From Parasitella parasitica NRRL 2501 (lineage: Eukaryota > Fungi > Mucoromycota): DNA of 64,000 nucleotides. Position 1 is the first letter of the stretch, and every line of letters starts with the position of its first letter. The stretch spans positions 3,968 to 67,967 of the forward strand of contig MU619383.1 of the NCBI GenBank assembly GCA_025201805.1, read 5' to 3'. Below are positions 51,752 through 64,000 of the stretch, piece by piece. Both the position numbers and the translations under genes were made by a program. A model generated the notes under the pieces. It was not told the DNA's origin. It was given only the letters and a program-made list of their open reading frames with translations, and made no database searches.

Positions 51752-53138
51752 CTACGAACGATTTACAATCTCTTGTACCATTTCTAAAATGTCTTTTCCC
51801 TCATAGCCTAAAAGGCGTGCTGCGCCGATAAGCGCACTCAGGCTCTTCATAAATAACCCTCGTCCTGCTTCCTTGGTGGCTTCGTGTGTTGTATTGGATA
51901 ATTTACGTGCGGGTGATTGAGTACCTGACTCGGGATACGCACCAGGAAATTTGTTTTTGTTGGTATCATAGTCGTCGTTGCCCTGTTCCTCCTGTTCACC
52001 GATATTCACATCTTCTATACCTGATCTTAATCGAGATACTGCTTTAGGGAGAGGGTTGATTTGAGTCATTGGTTGTACAAAAGGACGGTTCGCATTATTA
52101 TTATTACTGCTATTTCGGTGTTGAGGGAGAGAAGTTTGAAGCATCTGTGTTAATTCGGACAAGGCGGCAGTATGAGCATCCATCAAATTGGGCACGCTGG
52201 GCACAGTGAATAACGGATTATAAGATTGATCATACTCCTCATCCAATTCCTCCTGGTTACGCTCATCCGTCAGTGCACTTAAGGGCTGTAAAATACGTCC
52301 ACTTGCTCTAGTTTGGGCTGCTTCTTCTTTCTCATCACCAGGGCCGGGTGTTAGGGTTCCAGGATCTTTACTCCACCTTGTATAATATTCGTCTTCTGAA
52401 TCATCCGAGTCTTTCAAATCAGCATTAAGGGGATGAGGTCTGCGAGAACTTGCTAGTTTTTGACTGCGACAAGAACCTTCATCAGAAGACCAATCTCCCC
52501 AATAGTCTTCAGGAGCTTCCTTATTCTCTTTGGTGCTCTACGATTTTCAATTACATGTCAATTCAAAAAGAATGAGGATAGGCGCAAAACCAATAACTTA
52601 CACCAGGAGTTCCCGTACTAAACACTTTTTTGCTTCTTGTCACCTTTGTCAAAAAGATTCTCTCGGCGTCCTCAATAGTTCTCGACCAATTTGTGAATAT
52701 ATCCAGCCACTCTTCCTCGGTCAATTCCTTTGTATTGTAATACTTAATATCAGAAATATCTCCACCGCCTTCTTCTAGCGATAGAATCACCACAAAATGA
52801 TGCGAATCCTTCTCGGCAAACTCGATGAGAGCATGAAGCGTATTCGCATCCATTCGCTTGTAGTAGACTGGCTTTTGATACAATTCGTCGGCCACAGATC
52901 CTTTGTTTGACCAAAGAGATTCAATCATACTGGGGCAATTGTCTTCTTGCCATTGAACTACCTTGTCCCATTCTTGGGGGTTGTTGTCGCTTGGTCCCAA
53001 AAGACGAACGCGTTGACGCAAGAGCTGTGAGGAGAGAGGCAGTAACCCTAAATAATGATGCTGTTGTCGGTGATCGAGCACTGTGTATGCAACAGAACGA
53101 ACAATATTTTCGTTGGCATAATCATCAATGGCTTCCAT
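51752..53138 (-). CDS. Hypothetical protein (one intron ~52549-52598)
   Basis: ORFs 52563 and 51752 joined across a GT-AG intron. Acidic EDYWGDW and DEYYTRW motifs. Confidence 0.72.
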
Positions 53139-53323
53139 TTTTTTTTTTTGCTTTCTTTTAATGGGAAAAAAAGAGAGCAAAAACAAAGCATTGGGTCGTG
53201 TGAGTGCTAAATAAGCAAGTCGGCTTTGAAATCATCCTTAAAAACATCCTGGGAGCACAGCATTTATCTTTCCTTGGAAAACACACAGACAATTATCATG
53301 CCATGATTTTCAACCTAAAAAAA

Positions 53324-53333
53324 NNNNNNNNNN
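53324..53333. other. Small assembly gap within a poly-A run
   Basis: Ten Ns. Confidence 0.99.
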
Positions 53334-53368
<35 letters not shown>

Positions 53369-53792
53369 ATTGATGTAGTTTTTCATTTGTATTCATAACA
53401 AAAAAGCTTCTTGGATATTCCATCAAGGCCTAAAGCTTTGTTGTACTTTATAATCTATAGGGCAGTTCTATGATTGCGCAAATAGTCATTTAGTGCAATG
53501 TGAAATTTGTTACAGACGATGATCGAACAGAGAAAGTTGGCTCTACCCACCGATAGTAGTAATATTTCACCTCAATACTTGGTACATTTCTCCGCAGTCG
53601 TCAAATTGTCTAAGGTTGGGCGTGCTTTAGAATAGCGAAAACACTGTTAAAGGCAGAGCAATCATTTGAGACTCACTGAGCAACTACGAAAAATGACATT
53701 TACATGTACTATGGATTCAATTTTATTAAATAGATATTAAATTTAGGCTTTTATATATAGTATATATCATTTTTAATTACAATGGATCATTT

Positions 53793-54467
53793 TTAGATCT
53801 TTCCTATAAGCAATTCGCCGACAATAGCCTTTGCGGAAAGACGAATAGTGTGGAAAACGGAAACGACATCAAGAGTAGAAAAGATGGCATCAAAGAAACC
53901 AAAAGGCAACATGAGAGGAATCCAACCCTGGGCGTATTCAAGAGCCCAAGCATGTTCAGGGATCTTGTAATGTTGAGCCTCACCTCTAGCCAAATGATGC
54001 ATTTCTCCAGGCTTAAAGACGGTCCGTTTAAGATCACCAGCATAAGCAGCCCACTGTTCACCCTCAAGGATAATAAAGTAATCGTCGGCAAAGTAGCGTC
54101 CTGTGTGGCCTTCAGTGCCAATGGGAGTGCCAAAGATAATGACATATTCGGTGATGGACGCGTGTAAAATATACATGGCTCCCATGGCACCACCAGCATT
54201 GTTGAACACCCATTCCTCTTTCAACTGGATGTGGCCAGGATACTCCTTGTCCAAGTCCTGTGCAATGTTGGTGATCATAGTGCGAGTATCGTTGCCGTAC
54301 AGTGCCATGTTCTTTTGGGCAACTTGTTGAAGTACATTTTGATCAAAAATATACCAGCGTTCCTTGATTTGGTCTAGGCCCATAAAGACAGCAATGCACA
54401 AAGTCATCACAAAAAGCAATCTTGTCCAGCAGCTCTTGCAGTTGGATCCTGATTCTGTTTTGCCCAT
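53793..54467 (-). CDS. ERG2: C-8 sterol isomerase (ERG2/sigma-1 family)
   Basis: EWVFNNAGGAMGAMYILHASITEYVIIFGTPIGTEGHTGR and ALEYAQGWIPLMLPFG. Confidence 0.96.
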   Translation of the reverse strand: MGKTESGSNCKSCWTRLLFVMTLCIAVFMGLDQIKERWYIFDQNVLQQVAQKNMALYGNDTRTMITNIAQDLDKEYPGHIQLKEEWVFNNAGGAMGAMYILHASITEYVIIFGTPIGTEGHTGRYFADDYFIILEGEQWAAYAGDLKRTVFKPGEMHHLARGEAQHYKIPEHAWALEYAQGWIPLMLPFGFFDAIFSTLDVVSVFHTIRLSAKAIVGELLIGKI

Positions 54468-54658
54468 GCTGAATACCAGATGTAAGAAAAATTAGTGGTT
54501 GAAAATTTCAAAAAAAAAAAAAAAAACAATTTTTATACAGAAAGATTATACGCGGAGTTGTGGTTTCTGGTCTGCAAGTGCATCCGTTGCAATGTCAGAA
54601 AAAAAGGGGCAAAATAATAATAAACGTTTATTTTGAAAATATATATGTATATGCTAGA

Positions 54659-57600
54659 TTATTTCTTTTTTGAGTTCATGATGGGCCCTCCTTGGACATT
54701 GGATTTCTTTGCCTTTGTCTTCTTTCGTGGAGCATTGGACCCTTTCTTCTCCTTTTCAGCCTTCAGGGCAGCTTCTTCTGCAGCCTTTTTCCTATTCATG
54801 GCACCTTCATAGACATCTTTGGCCCATTTGGCAGCCTCTTCTGGAGTCATTGCTGTTGTAGGAATCACACGGTGATAACGAAGCGTGTTTGTCGCTATTT
54901 GGGACTCTTTCAAATAGGCTTGCTGCTTTAAAATAGCAATATGATTATCTGCCTCTGCTTCCTGACCTTGGTTATATCGGAAAGGTTGTTGTGTGTTACC
55001 TGCCACTTCGACATAGATGGTCAGCAATGTGGAATTCTGGGTTTGGCCACTGTTTTGGACCATTTCGGCTAATTCTGTCTCATGGGGTGGGAAACGGATA
55101 CAATCGATGTCGAGATCGGACTTTGTACAATCAGCGCGATACCATTTCTCTCCGCCATACGATAAATGAGACAATTGCGAGAATTTGACAATCGAAATCA
55201 ACAGTAAGCCATACAACACGGTGCGTCTAGTAGTAGGCGATAAGCGAGTGGTACATGCTTCCAAAAACGCAGCGGCAAGTCCAATGCCATAGTAAATAGC
55301 TCCTAAAATGTCAGGCATTGCCGTAACATGATAGGGCAAAAATCGAAGACACAGAACTTGAATGACAGAAGCAGAATAAAAAAATGCAATAGATCTTGTA
55401 TAAAAGTCATTTATCAGCGTATCCATGCCTAAGCATAAAGCTCACGTTAGTGTCTTGTTCAATATATGTAGCTATACTACTTTACCTATAGAATGGAGCC
55501 ACATCAAATAGGAGGGCAGCTTGATTTGTCGCTGAACCAGAAAGGCATTGAGACCCAAGAAACCGAAATATGCCACCATGGTTGACAAAATCAGACGCTG
55601 TACAATTGGGTTGAGTACAAGATGAGCAGAGTAGCCGGCCAATTCACTCCAAATTCGAAGGCTTGCGCGTTGAAAGAACCATTTATTTGCATTTTCTTCT
55701 CTATAAAACTTGGGACTTGCAGTACCATCATTATGAGAACCAGTTTGTAAGCGATCATAGACAACAGATGAGTATTTTGCCATCAGTCTATGAACCTCTT
55801 CAAACTTTTGCTTGGTTGAGATGTCACCATGAGAAATAGTTTGCATACCTTCCACTGTGAATAGCGTTAGTACATGTTGCACTTTATCTCAAGTTTTTTT
55901 CAAGTTTACATTGTTCATGGTAGGACGACTCTACAATCCAAGAAGAGACGTGCGACGCAGCACCAGCCATGCATGTTACTTCTTGATGATTTTCGCCGTT
56001 GGGAGGAGCAAAGTAGGTATTGTGGCTGATCAAAGCACAACCACGGACATGTATGAGGCGGAATCGTTGGTTGAGTGGTTTCCAAGTAATGTCCTTGTTT
56101 TTATCACCGAAATTATTATCATCTAATACTTTTAAAGTCCAGTAATCATGCGAATCCTGAATCAAGCGATCGCCATAGGCACTAGTTAATTCATACATTT
56201 CGTCAGTCTTTGCCTACATGTCAAGTTCCAACTGTACTTACGTTACTTCGTTGTGCTCCTTTTTATTTGTCATTTGGGGTCGATGGTCATGAGAGTGCAG
56301 CTTGCGCGTAGATGCAAAATGTTCAAGGCGAATCTGATCCTGATTACGGACAAACTCAATAGGCTGAGATGAGTTCCATATTTGGTTGTTCTTGTGTACT
56401 GTCCAGATATTGTTGATATCGACATGAGGATACAACGTTACTTCCTGCTGGGTGCTTCCACCCGTGAATCTCTTTTTATGTGAGTGAAGGTATCCACCAA
56501 CAGTGCCTTCATGTCGAATGACTATCTGTGAGCCATAAGCAATGTCTACTTTGGTGTTAATTTATGTTTGTTGTTATTTTTACATCATTGTTTATAGTTA
56601 CGTACTCGGCTGGCTAGGTTCAAGTGTGTTGCCTTGTAAAGAATATTTGAGCCGTGAGCTAACAAGCAAATCGTGATCGCCAGCATTAGGGACCATGTTG
56701 AAGTGAAATTGAAAGATGGCCAAATAAATGCACAGTGGCATTAGCACGGTAGACAATATGTTTACAGACATGTTTCTGAGAATCGCTTTGATGCTGTTGC
56801 GTTTCTCACCCAATCTGGTCCAAACTTCGTTCAAGATGGACATCCATATGACTGGAACCGTCATTATGCCTGTCCATTTGGAACTGACAGCACAACCAAT
56901 TGAGATACCAGAGATTAACTGCCAGAGTCCTGCCTGGATTGTGAGCCTTCCATGACTAGGATTAATGTGTGAGTAATAGATGAGATTTTTACAGCTCTTA
57001 CACACCTTTCCTCAGTGTATTTGTTCACTAATGTCCATGAGTATGTTGCTAATGCACTAAAAAACAATACAAAAACCTCAGGCGTCGCATATCTTGATTG
57101 TGTCACAATGCCATTCTCTACACGCAACCGCCATTCCAACGAATACATTAATTAAACTTTCAAGCACTCACTCGCTGATTAAGAAAATTTACCAAATATT
57201 ATCAATGCTGACGCCAGTGTTGCTGCTGCACGAGAATGGCCCATATTACGCATAGTCATATAAGACAACGGTACAAGAGACGCTCCCAAAAGCGCAGAAA
57301 ATCTCCTCAGTGCTACAACGGGAAACTCTACAAATGGCCTATATTGGGTTGAGTAAAAAAAATCATTGACTGGTCCTTCAAAAATACACACTGTCCTGGA
57401 TAACCTAATTCTTCAGAGCCGTAATAACCAGCAAGGCGCGCTAAGCCAGTCGACACCAGACCTGCCAAAGGAGGGAATTTGCCTATAAAGAACTTGCCAG
57501 CCATATACCAATTAACTTGTTTTGTAGTTTCCAGCTCTATCTCCGTGATGTACGCAGGGAATCCCAATTTCATGATGCGCAAATAGAGGCCCATCGATGA

Positions 57601-57753
57601 AATTACAACTAGACGCATTCGATCATGAATAGTATCCGTCAAACTTGCCTCTTTGTAAGCCACACCTTTCTTTTCATACTTTTCTTCATTGTCATTGACA
57701 ACAAATGGATCATCTGTTTTCTCTGCAGGTTTTCTGGATCGAACAGAAAACAT
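54659..57753 (-). CDS. Divergent protein O-mannosyltransferase (PMT)-like protein with MIR domains
   Basis: PPLAGL, LRRFSALLG, ENGIVTQSR, GCAVSSKWTG, MIR domains (GGYLHSH, QQEVTLY, RLEHFAST.KLHSH, FRLIH..GC.L) and multiple TM segments. Confidence 0.85.
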
Positions 57754-58149
57754 TTTAAAACTAAAGAGAAAGAGAAAAGAGATTAATTCCAGTTGAAGGG
57801 TCTTGACCATACTTTTATGGGATATACATTTCTAAATAAAGTCTAATTTTATGCATTATTGTTTGCCATCAAAAATTTTAGAAAGTGTAGCTGGGCACTT
57901 GTTTTGCATTCTTCATTGCGTGTGATCTTTTTTTTTTTTTAATATAAACGATCGATTTGATCTGTGCATTTCTTTTTCAGCCTTAATCATACGTGTTATC
58001 TCCAGACAATTAATCATCAATACTAAAAGCAGCAGTGAAAACGACTTGATGTCAAAAGAGCGAATAAAAAAATACCGAATTACAATGCTGTGATATATAC
58101 CTGTAACTAATTACACCAACAATTAAAGAGTTATTTTCGTACATGAACA

Positions 58150-58960
58150 TAAAGCTCTTTTACTACCAGCAGGTAGAAAGTAAAATGACTTTATGTATAG
58201 GTATAAACCGTTGATTCAGTTAGAATAGTTTAATACTCTGTGTGTTTTTATTCGACAAGTACAAGATTTGTTCCTTGACATCCCAAGCAAACTTTCATTC
58301 CACAGCTTCATGCAATTCTAAATATCTCATCTATAAACAACTTTTACAAACTAACTCCGCAGTTGTGTCTTTAAGCTTAACAGACCTGCAGGTAGTATTT
58401 AGGACAATCAGAGAAAAAGATCTTTTCATACAAATTCATTCAAATTAAAATTGCTGTTTGCGGCCAGTTCTTTCAAGAACATGTATTTTGAAAAAGCAAA
58501 TGTGTGAGTGATGACTGTATGAGTAGTATTCACTAGATTATACAATGGCTGCAAAATTCTGGTTTCCATATGTTTTTGATAGTTTTTTTTCATTATCATC
58601 ACCTTTTTTCTTGATTTTTCATCGAAGCTTTTCATTTTAGAACCAGGTTTGATAGCAGTAAAGTCAGAGTTGGAAGCAGTAACATTGGGTACATTCATGA
58701 AACTATCAGATTGTTTAGTCTTGCTTGATTCACCTATCATTGGACCTTGAGCATTGGTGTTATGAAAACCGATCTTGCTTGTGCCACCAATTTCGTCTTT
58801 GGCCCACTTTCCTGCTTTTTTTTACCTATGTAATGGGTGTTTAAAATGCTTTGACTCTTCAGCACTTATGAATATAATGTGATAACACATACTTCTTTTC
58901 TAAAGGTTACAGATGCTGAAAATCGTCGTCTGAATTGTCGGTTATAATTTTTCATATGTG
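58150..58960 (-). pseudogene. Possible N-terminal fragment of a second Fanzor-family gene
   Basis: LYNLVNTTHTVITHTFAFSKYMFLKEL...FNLNEFV resembles the N-terminal helical region of Mucorales Fanzor-type ORFs (recall). No RuvC part seen. Confidence 0.4.
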
Positions 58961-59673
58961 TCTACCATCATATTTTCAATTTATGGTAAATAACGTTTTG
59001 ATCAGAAATTAAATATGTATCTTTACCGTTTCTGTTCTTAAAATACTCTTCTTCAAAGCAAGAAGTAGAAGTATCCTTCCGACTTCTCGTTATCTGTATT
59101 TTCATAAGGGAATAGTCATTAATATTTTGTGTCCTTAGAAAACAAGCTAAAAACAAGACAAAAAATATTTATGGAGGATATGCAATGTAGATTCTAATAA
59201 CGATAATATGTACTTTTGAATATGACCGACATCGACATTTAATTTTGAGGAAACATCATTTATTTCTTTTCCAATGGATGTTTATATTCCATTTGTTTTT
59301 TCAAAATGGACAAAATTAACAGCACTGTATAGCAAGCTGGGATCTCATCATGACCAATTGAAACTCGTCATACATCAAGCATTAGGTTCACCTTAGGACC
59401 ATCCATGAATATCACCACCTGAATCATATACATTATACGTGCATCCTTTCTGATATAGCCAAAATATCGCGTAATGTAAGAATCGCCTTATGAACAAGAT
59501 ATTTGATAAAGAAGTATAGCCTATTGAGTGTCTCGGCTTAGTTTGCTGGGCTTTCTGATCCCGCACACACATTTTTCTGTGTGCTTTCATGAACCTCTCG
59601 CCTTTTGGATTCTTTATTAGTTTCTTTTTCTCTTGCTATTTCCCTATTTCTTTCTTTTATCCTTTCATATAAA

Positions 59674-60798
59674 ATGTCTACAGTTACAAGAAGAAGAGTT
59701 GGAGGACAAAGTAACAACTCGGACGATGACGCCCCGAGCGACTCTTCACAACAGCAACAACAACATAATAACAATAGCCCCATAGCTGATAAAAAAGTAG
59801 CTTACGATCCACGTGATATAGATGAAAGTAAATCTACACCTAAACTAACTCTTATGGAAGAAGTATTGCTATTAGGCTTGAAGGATAAACAGGTAAGATT
59901 GATTTTGGTATGCGAAACACGTGTTTCATATAACGTAAAAATAGGGCTATCTTTCATTTTGGAATGACAGTATAAGTTATGCCCTCCGTGGTTGTATTGT
60001 CATTGAACTGGCTCTGAGAGGTAGAATTGCCATGGTCAAAGATTCTAACCGTCGAAAGTACCCTTTGTGCGACAGATACATCGAGGTTATCAACAACAAT
60101 TTGACAGGTGAAGTTTTGCTGGATGAAGCTCTGAAAATGATGAAAATGAGTGAAAAAATGAGTGTATCCAGTTGGATTGATTTGATGAGTGGTGAGTATA
60201 TATTTGTAACGGGCACAGGGACACACAGACACACACTAAAAGTGACGGATAGGCGAAACTTGGAATGTGATGAAAATCGGATATCAATTAAAGCAAGTTC
60301 GTGAACGATTGGCCAAGGGTTTAGTCGATAAAGGTGTATTGAGAACAGAAAAACGCAACTTTTTATTATTCGATATGGCTACTCATCCTGTAGCTGACCC
60401 TGCAGTTAAAGAAGAAATCATTAAGCGAGTTTGTACCATGTTAGTCACTAGAGTTTCGCCCGCTGCCGTAGATGCTCAATCGGATGTACCCCACGCCTAC
60501 GTTCGAACCGTTAGTATGATCTGTGCAGCCTATGCAGCCAATGTTCTGGAAAATGCTTTGCTCTATCTTCAGCCTGATTTAAGAGAACAAGCATTCAACA
60601 AGGTGGATGAATTGATGAATGATTATTCTTCCTGGCCGTTCACTGGCAGTAATGGTAAAGTTGAAATACCCTCTGGAACTGATCTCTCATTGGAAGTTGT
60701 TGCAAGTGTTTTAAATGTGCTTGCAAAGATGGATGCTATTGTAGGTATTTGAGTGTTACCAATGATTCCTTGTACTAACATTTTTAATGTAGCTGTAA
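59674..60798 (+). CDS. VPS74: Golgi phosphoprotein 3 / Vps74
   Basis: [43 protein letters not shown] and [13 protein letters not shown]. The last intron (60741-60792) gives MDAIL*. Confidence 0.95.
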
Positions 60799-61882
60799 AT
60801 TTTTATCATCATCATATTCACTAAATTATCGTCATATACTACATTCCTAAAATCTTAATTGTCTTGTTTGTTTTCCTTTTTCTTCGACTGCTCTCTTCAC
60901 TTCTGCTTTCGTCCTTCCACTCTCTCTTCTACCTTTTGCAGGCATTGATATGTGGAAAAAAAAGCAATAAAGATAAAAACGCATGCTATATAAACAATTG
61001 TCAATTACCGTGTAATATCCATGCAGTGTCATATATGCTGGTCAAGAGTGCTGTCAGTGATTCATACCCCTCAACTATACGTTCTCTTTTTTTCTTTGGT
61101 CAATTTTAAAGTACGGATATAGGGTTCACAAAATACGGTATGCCATTACTGATGCTTTATTACGTTACACATCTAATTTAACATTATCTCTCTGTGCCAT
61201 TTACCTGCAAGGGCAAAGTCTGTATCCAAAGTGATAATAACCAAAAATCAATATATAACGATTGTAATTGGTAAAATTATTAGATGATTTTCATTGATAA
61301 CACCTGATATCATTTTTGTCATAAATTACTCATCACTTGGATTATCATTTCGAAGTCGCTTTCATTTTTTCACTTCGTCGTAAACATTCCCTATTTGACT
61401 ACAATTGTATTAGAGAGCAAGTCAGGGCATTTTGTATACTTCTTTGATGCTACTATCATTGTCTTTTTTTTTTTTTCTTTTTGTAACTGGTAATTACCGC
61501 ATGCATGTGTAGGTTTTCGCCTATTAATTGAAGGTTGAATCTCATCTCAATTCCAATATTGACACTGACATTCAAATGGACCTTTAGAAACCAGGACCAA
61601 AGCAATCCTGGCTTCCTTTTCAATTTTTAATAAAGACCCTACGTTCTCCGTGATATAATCGCTTGTAGTCTCTTTATTTAATTGTCTTTGGAAATAATCG
61701 TTATTCATATAACTCTCAGCATATGCCAAAATTATGTGCAAAAACGGTTATTTTACGAATATTTCCACAGAAATAACACTCGCACTTACATTTGCTCAAT
61801 GAACGGCGTTAAATCGGATATTCATACAAACTTTTTAATTATTTAATTTTCGATTTAATGCAGTTATAGATATAAATTATTA

Positions 61883-62362
61883 CAGTAGCCGCTCGATTTA
61901 AGGCTACTTTTTTTGCAAGCTTTTTTTAGCCTTATATCGAACATAGCCTTATATCGTGCATGTGACTATTACTCTTAAAACAGTCACCGGCATAGTTGAT
62001 ACGGTACTACAGCTATTAGATTAATTTGACACATGTCCAGTCAAATCCATTTACTTCTTTATTCTTAAAAAAGCATATTTTGACAAACAATTATACTATG
62101 AGCATTAATCAACAATCAAGAGAGCGTCTCACTATCGAGCAAAAGTACGAAATCTGTAGCATAATGCTCAGTTTCCAACACAACACAAATTTAAATACCG
62201 TCAATTTACTGTAAAATAAGGCTAAAATTTCGAAATTTTTCAGCTTTATATCGAATAAGGCTAATAAGGCTAACTCCCTGCTTAAAAAAAAAATTCACAA
62301 AAATTTTAGCCTTATATCGTGAATAGCCTTATATCGAACAGCCTTAAATCGAGCGGCTACTG
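61883..62362 (+). mobile_element. pogo-derived MITE (480 bp), copy 2
   Basis: Near-identical inverted copy of 48469-48948, with TA TSD and the same TIRs. Confidence 0.93.
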
Positions 62363-62424
62363 TATTGGCTTCTATTCGACACAAAGAATTGCTGGAAATG
62401 TAAATCATTCATTAGCATTATTAT

Positions 62425-62850
62425 TGTTGGATCAAAAAAAAAAAAAAAGATAATAAAACCAAGTGTAACGAGATACGAAAACTGAAAGATACTTTATTAA
62501 AGATCGAAATTGCATCTGCTATTTATACTTTTTACAACCACATAAACTTATGACGACTTATTTAGATTACTAATTGACAAGACTAATTCACAGTGACAAT
62601 CTACTTGACAGGGTACGGTATGAGGCTATACAGCAAGGGCTACATGTCTTTGATCTGACAGTGCCTTAACCTTTATCCTGGTGCTCAGATCTGTGTTACT
62701 TACAGGAATAACCTTTTTGATTTGAAACAGAGACTTTATTCTCCAATTTACACAAGCGTATCACATCACATCATTGGACAATCTTCAATCTCCAATTAAA
62801 GTACATTGCCATGATCTCCTGTCTATAATTATGGCAGATCAGTTATGTCA
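62425..62850 (-). mobile_element. LTR-like repeat, copy 2
   Basis: Matches 5131-5547. Confidence 0.6.
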
Positions 62851-62877
62851 AAATTAGACAGTAAAAAACAATCTGCC

Positions 62878-63355
62878 TGTTGTGCCAAGTCTTGGAAATG
62901 AGCACAGCAGGTGATTGTATGTGATATAAAAATATAAGAATGTAATAAAGACTTAGTTTACCAGATACAAAACTATTGATTTATTGATTGACAAGAAGCT
63001 GTCTATTTATATTAGAATAAATCTATCAAAATTAATCTATAAAATACAATATCAGGTCGTGTTTGACATTTAACTGTCAAACAAGATTATAACACAGTAG
63101 TAGTCAGAGAAAGACCTATTTCTATATCTAATCAGCTAATCGTTATGAATGGGAATCATTCATCGATAAGTTGAGCTTCGCAATTTAGAATAAGTAGAAC
63201 CCAAATAGATGGTTTCTTATACAAGACATTCTATTGAATACTTCTATTTACTAGATAAAATAATCGATGCCATTTAACCTTAAATCCGATTAGGAACGGT
63301 TGCCATGACAACTGAGTTGAAATAGTGGTAACCATGGTATTCTATGGATACACCA
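62878..63355 (-). mobile_element. Solo LTR with 5-bp TSD
   Basis: TG...CA termini and TSD CTGCC (62873-62877 and 63356-63360). Homologous to 28185-28650. Confidence 0.88.
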
Positions 63356-63476
63356 CTGCCAAAGAATTATTTTTTTATTAGAAATACATCTTTTGGAAGT
63401 ATTTTCTAAACATCTTAATAGCTTTTTAACATCATAATCCACAACTGTAACTAAAATTGACTATTTAGACTTTAAT

Positions 63477-63742
63477 AAAAAGTGTAAAACAACAATAGAT
63501 ACAATTTAATTCCTTCTTTATTTTTTGGAATAAGATAAAGTGCAAAAGTTAGACATTTCTACTCTATTTATATTCGTTGTTGTAAACGGTCTGTCTGTCA
63601 GTTATGCCGTAACTGTCAGTCAGGTTTTTCTGTATTTGATTTTACATAATCAAGTACGGTATTCTAATATCGATGTTTCTGACACATTTGTAAATGACAT
63701 GCATGGACCAGTCCTTACATTGGTCTATGCGTTCAAAATGTG
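63477..63742 (+). repeat. ~250-290 bp dispersed repeat, copy 3 (truncated by LTR insertion)
   Basis: Matches 23856-24149 up to ...caaaatgtg, then switches to LTR sequence. Confidence 0.78.
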
Positions 63743-64000
63743 TGTTGTATCCATATAAAGGCTACATATGTCATATCTAACTTAGTCATAATGCACGGAT
63801 CATGATATTAATTGTTGGTAATTCTTTTACAAATAAGGAATAAGCTACAAGTTGTAATTGGACCTCTTGCAAGGTTCCAAGCTTATTCAAAGAATACATC
63901 TAGACCAGATCGCGGGATGTCGGGAAGACATCCTACCCAATCTTCTCTTTAATGTAAAATAGAAAGATAGGTCTGTCCTGCACCATGGCCAACTTGTGTG
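63743..64000 (+). mobile_element. Start of another LTR, running off the window
   Basis: Begins TGTTGTATCCATATAA, identical to the 5' terminus at 28185. Confidence 0.65.

Noticed and set aside
61200-61800. Possible decayed gene on the minus strand
   Set aside because: Fragments are too short and broken to assign.

Overview
Eukaryotic fungal DNA, most consistent with Mucorales (AT-rich, short ~55-65 nt GT-AG introns, Mucorales-type TE remnants). There are two assembly gaps (215-995, 53324-53333). TE-rich, gene-poor tracts (about 1-7.5 kb, 23-30.5 kb, 45-49.5 kb, 58-59 kb, 61-64 kb) hold a decayed Ty3/Gypsy element, solo LTRs with 5-bp target-site duplications, two near-identical 480-bp pogo-type MITEs, a ~1.5-kb dispersed repeat and a decayed Fanzor (TnpB-like) gene. 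Between them lie conserved genes: DIS3, a homeobox TF, DPH2, carnitine acyltransferase, a C2/Pro-rich protein, SNIP1/Pml1, LIS1/PAC1, carnosine N-methyltransferase, HIBCH/EHD3, ERG2, a divergent PMT and VPS74. The standout is a compact, intron-poor six-gene cluster at 8077-14945, arranged as three head-to-head pairs. Four small low-complexity proteins end in the same ~27-aa strictly alternating motif (RLDLNL[DE]x[DE]xxLKA[KR]xxG[DS]VxLxLL). A fifth ends in a different alternating motif, and the sixth is a 975-aa DUF3659-like repeat protein with a Gly/Leu-rich hydrophobic tail. This looks like an uncharacterised multi-component protein-assembly system, possibly horizontally acquired. A PMT paralogue lacking its catalytic DE/DVHPP residues is a second notable item.
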